The translations under genes and the position numbers were made by a program. A stretch of DNA of 39,106 nucleotides. Source: Chrysochromulina tobinii. Lineage: Eukaryota. The notes beneath the pieces were generated by a model, which saw only the letters and a program-made list of their open reading frames with translations, did no database searches and had not been told where the DNA came from. Shown here in pieces: positions 18,801-27,952 of this stretch; position 1 is the first letter of the stretch; every line of letters begins with the position of its first letter. Location: contig JWZX01002948.1 in assembly GCA_001275005.1 (NCBI GenBank), forward strand, positions 1-39,106, read 5' to 3'.

Positions 18801-21800
18801 ATGCCCAAGCCAGAGCCTGCTTTCTCGACGACAGACGCGCAGCGCTTGACGACGTGCCTCGACGGCATCGCGGACGACGCCAGTGAGTTGCGCTGGGCCG
18901 CGCTCGATCAGCTCCGCTACTTTTGCGACGGCGCCAATGCGGCGCTGCTCGAGGCCATCGGCGGCAAGCGCTTCCCGACGCTCGCGGTGCTAGTCGAGCT
19001 GCTCGACACGGCCGCGCGGCTCGGCGGGCCCATCGCGGTGCGCAAATGCGTCGACGTTCGACAGCGCGTGCCTGTCGGCCTCGTCGTCCAGCTGCTCGAG
19101 TGCCTGCTGTGCAATGCGACGTCCAACCTGAAGCCGTTTCTCAAGATGCCCAACGGCATCAAGAACCTCGTGACCACGCTCTCGCACTACGAGGACCTCA
19201 TCTACGACGCGGAAGGCCCCGACATCCTCGACCGCGCGTGCAACGTGCTCTCCTACTGTACCTTTTACCACCCTGCGAGCGCTGCCTCCATCTTCATCGC
19301 CGCCGACGGCGTCGCGGTCGTGACGCGCATGCTCAATGCGGCCATCACGCACTACACGCGCACGCTCGCGCGGCCCGGCACCGCGCTCCCCTCGCGACCA
19401 ATGCCTCTCTCCGGCTCGTCCGCGCAATGGGACTCGCTCACGGGCAACATCTGCGAGCTCGTCTCGAATGTCTCGTCGGCAAACAGTCAAGCCCAGAAGG
19501 CCTTCACGCAGGGCGGCGCCTTGCGCTCGCTGATCGACCTGGTGCCCTTGCTCACGACGACGCGCTCGATGACCGTCGCCCAGGGGCAGCCCTCGCTGAC
19601 GTTCGCCACCGAGCAGGTGCTCCTCGCCGCGGCAACGCTCGTCTGGTGCACGCCGCAGTCGCAGACCATGCTCCTCGAGGCGGGGACCATCGTAAGCGCC
19701 TTGGCCCCGCCGCGCCCTCACCCGCCGCCGCGCCCGAATGCCCCACGCGCCCCACCGCTGGTCTCCGCCTTGAGCTCTTTCATCTCCGCCTTGAGCTCTT
19801 TCATCTCCGCCTTGAGCTCTTTCTTCTCCGCCCCCTCCCGCCCCCAGGACGCATGCCTCAAGTACATCGACCAGTCGGCCGCGGCAAGCGCGCCCGCAAG
19901 CAGCAACCTGGACAATGGCGAGGCGCACCACGAGGCGCACCCCACCCCGGACACGATCGTGTCGCAGGCGTGCCTTCTCCTCGTGCTCAACAGCCAGCTC
20001 GAGAACAAGCCGATGCAGTCCTCGGTGCTCCAACGTGCTGAGAAGGTGAGCTCGCGGGCCGCCAAGGCGGGCCACACGCACGAGCTGCGCAGCGAGTTGG
20101 CCGCGCTCTACACGCTGCACCAGGAGATGTTCGAGGCGATCGAGCACATCCGGCTCAACCATTACCACAGTGACGAAGTGGTCAAGAGCCTCAAGCTCCT
20201 CGCTCGCTCGCTCCCTTCGAAGGGGGAGGCACCCTACCTACTCGTGCACATGCACGGGACCCAGACGCTCGAGCTCATGATCCGCTGCGTGTCCAACATT
20301 GACGAGGAGGTGCTCTCGCATGCGTGCCTCGCGTGCCTGCAGCGCTGCATGCAAGTGCTCACCACGACGCCTCGCCTCCTTCCCCACAGGTGCTCTCGCA
20401 TGCGTGCCTCGCGTGCCACGCGCTCATACAGCGCTCGCCGCCCGCGCGCATCCTCTTCCTTCGCAAGCAAGGCATCGCTGAGCTCGCCGAGTGCTTGCGC
20501 GACTACAACACCGACGTCAAGGCCACCTCGCTGCGCATCCTATGCCTGCTCGCGGCCGAGTCGGCGCACGCGCGTGACGAGATGCGCACCGAGGAGGTGC
20601 TGCTGCAGGTGCTGCGCACTATCCAAGCGTACCCAGCCGACGACGTGACCTTGCCAGTGCTCGACGCAGCGCTCGAGGCGGTCGCACACATCGTGCTGTC
20701 CTCGCGCACCAACCAGGACTACATCCGCTCGGTGGCGGGGCTCGAGCCGCTCGCTACGGCGCTCAAGCACTGCGTCGCCTCCCTCCCTCGCCACTCGCCG
20801 CCAGCGCACACGACGCGCGGCGCCGACGGCTTCGACGGGATGGGCGGCAACATGGGGGCTGCCCATGGCGGCGCGGCCATGGGCAGCGCCGGCATGGGCG
20901 CGCGGCGTGGGCGCGCGGGCATTCACGGCACTCCGACGCGCGTTGAGCCAGCGGCCACGTGCGGGGCCCCGTCGGCGGTCACGGCCGCGCAATCGCGGCC
21001 GACCACCGCGGGCCGCTCACGCCCGACCACCGCGGGGCGCGTGCGCGGCGAGAGGGCATCGGACGAGATCTCGGGCCCGGACGGTCGCTCCGCTCGCACG
21101 ACGACGGCGGTGGCGCCCAGCGGCGCGATCGACCTGTGGAAAGTGACCGAGACGGCGTGCGACGCGCTCAACAACGTGGCGTACCGTAACGTCGGCAACC
21201 AGGAGGCGCTGCTCGAGCTTGGGGTGCTCCCGGCTTGCCTCTCGCTGCTGGCGCGCCACGAGAGCGGCGATGGCGGCGAGGGCGTGGGTGCGTCGCTCGC
21301 CGCGGGAGCGCTCAACCTGCTCATCAACATGGCCGACACCAACAGCGCCACTCAGGACGCCCTCGGCTCGCGTGAGGCTGCCGAGGCGGTCCATCGGCTG
21401 CTCAGTGCGACGGGCGCGCCCCGGATCGTGTGCGCCGCGTGCCTGCTGCTCTCGCACGTCGCGTGGAACCATCCGACCAACCAACGTCTGTATGGGACCG
21501 AGGCCGCCATTCGCACCCTCCTCTCCCTCCTCTCGGCCGAAGGCCGGGCTGCGGCCCTGGGGCAGAAGAGGGCGGATGCCGCCGCCGCTGAGGGGCTCGC
21601 GGCCGTGGAAGGGCTTGCCCCGGGCTCGGCCGAGGGCGGCGCGGAAGCGGTGGGCCAAGCGGTCGAGCTCGCCCTCTACGCGATGATGGCGCTCGTCAAC
21701 CTGTCGTACTGCAACGCGACGGTGCAGGAGCTCGTGCGCGCGTGCGGCGGTGTGCCGCTGCTGCACCAGCAGCTGGCGAGCCCTCTGTACGAGGCGCGCA

Positions 21801-23263
21801 AGACGGCCGCCTTCTGCCTGGGCAACCTGGTGCGCGATAACTCCGCGAACGCGCGCGACGAACGTGATTGCATGCTGATTGCATGCTGATTGCATGCTGA
21901 TTGCATGAATGAGGATTGCCTCCCTCATCAGGTGCGCGATAACTCCGCGAACGCGCGCGACGTTGTCTTGCACGGCGGCATCGAGTCGCTGCTCTACTGC
22001 CTCAACGACGACGACGACGACGAGCTCTCGAAGACGGCCTACTCGACGATCCTGCACTTGGGCGACTCGGGCGTACAGCAGCTCCTCCACTTGAGCCGCG
22101 ACGCCGCCAAGCAGCTCGCCGATCTCCATGCGCGCACGCCGGATCTCAAGGCCGCGCTTGCGGCGGCCATGGCTGCGGACGAGGACGAGGACGAGGACGA
22201 GGAGGACGAGACGGACGAGGCGGCGGCTGGCGCGCCCGGCATCGGCGGTGCGCGCGCCGGCACGCCCTCCACGGCCAGCGGCGCGGCCAGTGGCGCCCGG
22301 GACGGCGCCGACAAGCTTCTCATGGAAGACATCGAGGATGACATTGAGACCCTCTCGCTCAATAGTTTGATCGCTCGGCACGCGCCCGCGCCCGCCACGT
22401 CACAGCATCAGCAGCAGCATCATGAGCAGCAGCAGCATCAGCCGACTCGCCGCCCCGCCTCGGCGGCCGTCGGCGGCGGCTCCTTCTTCGCGGCGCGCGC
22501 TGAGGGCGGAGGTACCGGTACCAGTGGCGCCCGGGACGGCGCCGCCTCCACCGCGTTGCGGCCGTCGACTGGGCGCCGGGGTGGTGCGGCGGCCGCGGCG
22601 GGCGCGGGTGCCCTCTCGTCAGTGCCGACGGAGACGTTGGTCACGTGCCGTACGGCGATCGCGCTCCTCGAGCGCTGCCTGCCTGTGCTCAACGGCACAG
22701 TTTACACGGCCGAGGCCCATCAGCGCGCGTTGCTCACTGAGCACGGGATGGACTGCCTGCTGCCGCTCCTCTGTGACGCCGTGCCCTTCAACCTGCAGGA
22801 GCAGGCGCTCTACGTGCTACTGAACGCGACCTCGCTCAAGGATGGCAAGGCGCTGTCGCTCGCGTGCCGACACGGCGCGGTCGGCGCGATCCTCGCGGTG
22901 GCGGCCGTGGCGCACGGCATCAAGCACGAGGACGCGCTTGGGAAGTGTCTCTCGGTGCTTGAGCACCTCGTAGAGGGCAGCCGGGAGGGGCGCGAGAAGT
23001 TCTGTGCGACCGAAGATGGCACCAAGCTCCTCATGACCATCCTTCAGGTGGGTGATGTGCAGGCGCTCAATCCTGAGGTGCGCACGGGCTCGGCGAACCT
23101 GCTCCTCGCGCTGGTCTCCGCCGAGCCCTCGCAGAAGGCTGTGCTCAGGCTGGGTGGCCGGCGGGTGCTCGAGCAGATCGCCCTTTGGGACACGAAGCGG
23201 CGCGACACCATGGTCCTCGCCGCGCGCGCCAAGCAGGCGCTGCGCGAGCTGACAGAGTCGTGA
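18801..23263 (+). CDS. Armadillo-repeat protein, spliced: 18801-19691, 19848-20309, 20390-21829, 21932-23263
   Basis: Three consecutive ORFs join in frame after removing GT-AG introns. ARM-like helices include ACDALNNVAYRNVGNQEALLELG and ALVNLSY..VQELVRACGGVPLL. Confidence 0.8.
19692..19847 (+). other. Conventional GT-AG intron (156 bp) containing a 21-bp tandem repeat x3
   Basis: GTAAG donor, pyrimidine-rich CCCCCAG acceptor and TCTCCGCCTTGAGCTCTTTC repeats. Removal gives EAGTI/DACLKY. No exon duplication. Confidence 0.75.
20310..20389 (+). mobile_element. Introner-like intron, cassette A, with 28-nt duplication of the downstream exon start
   Basis: GTGCTCTCGCATGCGTGCCTCGCGTGCC at 20310 and 20390. 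The 48-nt cassette at 20342-20389 ends in CCCCACAG. Removal restores the frame. Confidence 0.75.
21830..21931 (+). mobile_element. Introner-like intron, cassette B, with 31-nt duplication
   Basis: GTGCGCGATAACTCCGCGAACGCGCGCGACG at 21830 and 21932. (TGATTGCATGC)n is followed by GATTGCCTCCCTCATCAG. Confidence 0.75.
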
Positions 23264-23932
23264 ACGTGCCATGTGGCGGGCGCCACACGGCCACACGTGG
23301 CCGGCGCGGCGGCCGCGGCGGCGTACCCCCGCGGCGGCGTACCACGCCCGCTCCCAACGTATCGTCTAAGGACAGCCCTGGAGGTGCTCGGCGCGCGGAG
23401 ACAGAGGAATCGACATGTGGAGTCGAGAGAGGCCGCAAGTCTTCATCTGTTCGCACATTGTGGGTAACATGTACTTTGTACTAGAGGTTGTATGGCGCAG
23501 GTCACCTCAGGTCACTTCACAGTTCGTTGTTTGCAATGGTCACGCTTCAACCTTCAAGCTTCATCTTCCGACGTCCACGGTCGCCGGTCCATGTCCGAAC
23601 CTTTCCATGGACCGTGCCGTTCACGGCTCTGACTCGCGGCGTGCACTCAATTAGTCTGCACAGAGATCCGTGCGCCCATCCCGGCATCCGGTCCGATCGC
23701 GGAGCTCTGCCTTGTGGCGGAACCACTTTCCCAAACCGACGAAATCTCCAGTCCCCGCGCGAGTCGCGCGTGCCAGTACCATAAACCACTGACACCCATG
23801 CTTCTCCTCACTCTTGCGTGTGTGATGCAGTCTCGTGTGTCTTCCGTGTGTCTCGAGCGTCCGTGTCTCGCGGGTGTGATCACTGTAGCCCCCCCCCCGC
23901 GCGCGCCAGCGCGCAGCGGCCTGTTTTAACGT

Positions 23933-25231
23933 TTACAGCTGTATAGAGAGGTCCATGCTCCCCGATGGGCCGCTGCTGCTGCCGGTGACGCGGCCGCCTG
24001 CTGACGAGGCGCGGTCCCCGCTTTGTTCAACGCCGTGGCCCCCGCCGTCGTCCCCCTCCTTGCGAAACTCATAGTCGCTCAGCTGGTACTCGCCTGCATC
24101 GAGATGGTAGTCATGAGAGTCGTTCACAACGGAGAGGTCGGGAGCCGAGTGTGCGGAGGAGAGCCCCCACTGCTGCTCATGCACGATCGTCGCACCCTCC
24201 CGCGCCAACACCGCCGCCACATGCTGTGCCTCCTCCTTTTGCTGATGAGCCTCCTCTGCGGAGACCGTGCTCGCGGACGTATTGCGGAGCCAGTTGTTGA
24301 CGTCTTTGCGCCGCAGCTCGACTTGTCTGCGCCTCGTCCACCAGCAGACCATCGCCAGGCAGCACAGCAGCGCAACTACCGCGACGAGCACGGCGCTGAC
24401 GAGGATCGTGATGGCCTCACCAACGGCGCTGTTTAGCGCGCCTGGCGGCCGTTGCGGGGGCGGCGAGGGCGAGGGCGAGAAAGTTGGCGAGAAAGTGGGC
24501 TGCGGCGGCGGTGATGCGACGTCCGTGATGGTGGGTGACGTCACCACCGCAAGCACGGCGATCGAGACGCCGGTGACGCTCGCGAGCATGGCGGTCGCGC
24601 TGCTTGGGCTGCTCGTTGCGCTTGCCATCGCCGACTGCACCGAGGTCGCCATGACCGTGGGCGTGAGGACGCGCACGCCGACGATGACGCTGCCCGACGT
24701 TACAGTCACCGTCACCGCCGACGGGTCAACGTCCGCCCGGGCTGCGATCGCGCTCTTCATCTCGGTCCGCACGCTCGGGGTGAAGGAGGAGACGTCGCCG
24801 GCGAGCCGCAGGGCGAGCTCGACGACGCTCATCGCCGGCGGCGGTGGCGACTCCGAGGGCGGCGGGAGTGAGGGCGACGGTGGGGGCGAGGGCGGAGCAG
24901 GCGAGCGCAAGGGCGGCGGTGGCGAGGGTGCTGGCGACTGCGGGCTGGGCGATGTCGAGGGCGGCGGTGGTGATGGCGGCGGCGGCAATGGCGGCGGAGG
25001 CGATGGCGATGGCGGCGGAGGCGATGGCGATGGCGGCGGCGGCGATGGCGGCGGCGGTGATGGCGGCGGCGGCGATGGTGAAGGTGGCGCACTGGGCGGC
25101 TGACAGAACGACTGTCGCGCCACCGCCTGGCACGTGCTCAGGGCGCTCTGGAGGCGGCGTAGGTTGGGATGCAGCTCGCGTTGAGCCGCAAATTCTGAAA
25201 AGGAAGGTGCAGGGATGGGCAAAGGAAACAA
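23933..25231 (-). CDS. Pro-rich single-pass membrane protein (or 3' module of a larger gene); start unclear
   Basis: SPPPP stalk, a small extracellular domain (VDPSAVTVTVTSGSVIV), a hydrophobic TM (AITILVSAVLVAVVALLCCLAMVCWW), an RRR stop-transfer and a cytoplasmic tail. The ORF has a non-ATG start. Confidence 0.6.
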   Translation of the reverse strand: MFPLPIPAPSFSEFAAQRELHPNLRRLQSALSTCQAVARQSFCQPPSAPPSPSPPPPSPPPPSPPPPSPSPPPPSPSPPPPLPPPPSPPPPSTSPSPQSPAPSPPPPLRSPAPPSPPPSPSLPPPSESPPPPAMSVVELALRLAGDVSSFTPSVRTEMKSAIAARADVDPSAVTVTVTSGSVIVGVRVLTPTVMATSVQSAMASATSSPSSATAMLASVTGVSIAVLAVVTSPTITDVASPPPQPTFSPTFSPSPSPPPQRPPGALNSAVGEAITILVSAVLVAVVALLCCLAMVCWWTRRRQVELRRKDVNNWLRNTSASTVSAEEAHQQKEEAQHVAAVLAREGATIVHEQQWGLSSAHSAPDLSVVNDSHDYHLDAGEYQLSDYEFRKEGDDGGGHGVEQSGDRASSAGGRVTGSSSGPSGSMDLSIQL

Positions 25232-25248
25232 GCCGACGGTCGCTTGCC

Positions 25249-27746
25249 CTATGCGAGCGCCGGCTGCCCAAAAAGCTGCTTGAGTCGTGAGCGGAGCTCC
25301 TCATCTTTGGTGCTGGCTGTGACCTCCGGATGCTTCTCCAGATAGTAGCTGCTCACCGCGTCGAACACTTGGTTGGCAAGGATCTGGGCGTCATCGGAAG
25401 AGTCGGCGATCTCGGGTGGCACCTCGGTGGCCATGCGCCGGCCGTTGCTTGGGCTGCACGCGATCTCACATTGGTTGGTGATGGAGTTGAAGAAGGTGCC
25501 AGGGCCGCACCTCATGCTGGGAGGCGGTGGAGGCGCAAGTAGCGGAGATCCGTTAATGACCAACAGCTGCGTGGCCGACAGGTAATCAAATTGATCATCC
25601 CACACTGGGTTGGGTAGCGTTGAGAGGCAGGTCTTATAGAGACCGATGGTGGTAAGCTGGACCGAGACGGTGCCGTTGCTGATCGTTCCGCCCAACTGAG
25701 TGGCACGCGCGAAGGCTGCGCCCGCGCAAGTCCGGGAGCCGGAAGGTAGGAAGACGAGGTGGTTGCCATTGCTTGCGATCCCGCTCACTGTGACGATGGT
25801 CAAGAAGCTGTGCACGATGGTGCTGGGCGTCAGAGTCACGCTCGGAGGGGCGGGTGGAGGCGAGGGCGGCGGGGGGAGGGCGGTGGGGGCGACGGAGGCC
25901 GACGAGGAGGAGGGGGGGAGGGCGGTGGGGGCAACGGAGGCGGCGGACGAGAAGGAGGTGAGGGCTGCTGCGGCGGTAACGAGGGCGGCGGCGGTGAGGG
26001 TGGTGGAAGCGACGCTGGCAATGGCGGTGGATTTGAGGGCGAAGGTGGAGGCGGCGAGGGCGAAGGTGGAGGCGGCAACGGTGCTCCCCCAGAGGGCGGC
26101 GGCGAGGGCGGCGAGGGAGGCGGGGGTGCCGGGCAAGGAAAGGTTGTGAGGGATGGGTTTACGCCGGTGAGGGTCGTTGCCCAGGAGCAAACGCGACCAG
26201 ATGAAAAGTAGACATTGTGACCATACAGCCCATTATTGCAACAATCATATGAAGCTGTGTTACCACTGATGGTGGATGATGAGATGGCCACTATGGCACC
26301 CCCGACAAGGATACCGCCGCCGTGGCCGGCTCGGTTGGAATACACTTGGCAGTTGACGATTGAGACAGTGCCTCCCAAGAAGGCGACACCACCGCCTCCA
26401 CTGTATCCAGCTGAGTTCCCGTATATCGAGGAAGATGTGAACGTGACCGTGCCAGAAGTGACATAGACACCGCCGCCCCCATTGCTAGTAGATAAGCTAG
26501 CTGAGTTGTAGTAGATCTGTGAGCTGATGATGGAGACGGTTCCAGATGCAACGAAAACACCGCCGCCTCCATAAACATCCTGAGACCCTGATGAGGAGGT
26601 CACTGTGTTCTCACTGATGATGCACGATGAGAAGGTCACTGTGCCACCCTGGACGAAGACACCGGCGCCTCCGGTGAGAGTGTAGCCTCCCGTGATCCTG
26701 AGCCCGAACAGTTGCACGACGCCCGACGAGCCCGGGTTGATGTTCAGCACACGGCGCGGACTCGAGGAGCTCCCTTGTGCGTTCAGGATGACCGTGGCTC
26801 CCGCCGCCGCCTCGAGGATGACGCTCCTGGTGATGCTGAGCTCGGCGGTGAGGTAGTAGGTGCCGGAGGCAAGGACGATGCGGCCGACGGCGGTGTTGGC
26901 GAGTGCACTGGTCAGGTCGGCGACGGTGCTCACCGCGGTCTGCAGCGCACGGCGGTGGCTCGTGAGCACATGCTGAACGGAGTTTATTACGGGAACGTCA
27001 TTGTCGGTGGCCTCGGTGCATGGGAGCATGGTGCACAATGCAAGGAGAGTGCTGAGGAGAACGAGCTTTTCATGCTTCCCTCGAGGCTGAGACCGAATGT
27101 AAGGAGACTTGGCGAAACGATGGTGCCATGCCATGAGCGAACATGCCATCAGCATGCACCCCCAACACACAAGCTGCCGGGGAATGAGGATGATGCTGCC
27201 GCCGTCCAAACCATGAGCAGGCGCCACCGAAAGGCGAGCGGACGCCACCAGTTGGCAAGTAGGCGCCTCTGCAATGGATAGCCGCGACGAGGCGGGCGGA
27301 GCGGAGCGCGCATTGGCACGCCTCAACGAGAGGCCGACCAATGCATCGGTGAAGTTGGTGATCTGGACCAGCACTTGGCTTCGCAGGTAGTCGGTTGCAT
27401 CAAACAGAGTTCCACCGCCGTCGCTGCACGAGCTGCCGCTGGCGTTGAGACAGTTGTTCGTGCATGCTATGCCAGGGGAATGTGGCGGCGCGGGCGGCGA
27501 CGCGGTTTGCCAGTCGCAGTCGACGCAGTCGTTGTCGTACGCGCACTTCGGGACCTCCGAGGCGAACTCGCAAGCGTCGACTGTACAGAGTGACGGCAGG
27601 GGAGGCGAACTGACGCCGAGGAAGAGCTGACGGCTCGCCCGGGTCCAAGGCGCCTCAGCCCCGACAAAGGGGGTAGAGGTCGTTCTTTCGGCGCTCGCGC
27701 GCGCGCCCAAAGCGGCGGCGACGAGAAGGAATAGGAGCGGCCGCAT
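25249..27746 (-). CDS. Secreted right-handed beta-helix (pectin-lyase-fold/Pmp-like) Pro-rich protein, frameshifted near 25875
   Basis: Signal peptide MRPLLFLLVAAALG and repeated GGGVxVxxGTVxxxxxxIxxN beta-helix turns. The Pro-rich linker continues in the 25249-26190 frame after a one-base shift at the G6 run 25871-25876. Confidence 0.65.
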
Positions 27747-27952
27747 TTTGTGGAAGTTCACAGCCAATTTTTAGAATTCGACACCCAAGACACCGCGGAC
27801 CGGCGCACGACAAGAGAAGCGTCCTCTCCCCACAAAGAGGGAAAAACTTCCTAAAACCCCCCTGTGAGTGTCTTTTTAATTAGCACCAAGTCGACTTGAC
27901 TTGACTTGAGAAGAGTTTGACGATTCACGTCTGCGATTCACTGCCAATTCAC

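Noticed and set aside
20046..20051. Strong donor-like AG|GTGAG in the ARM gene
   Set aside because: No matching acceptor or duplication is present, and the frame stays open with protein-like sequence.
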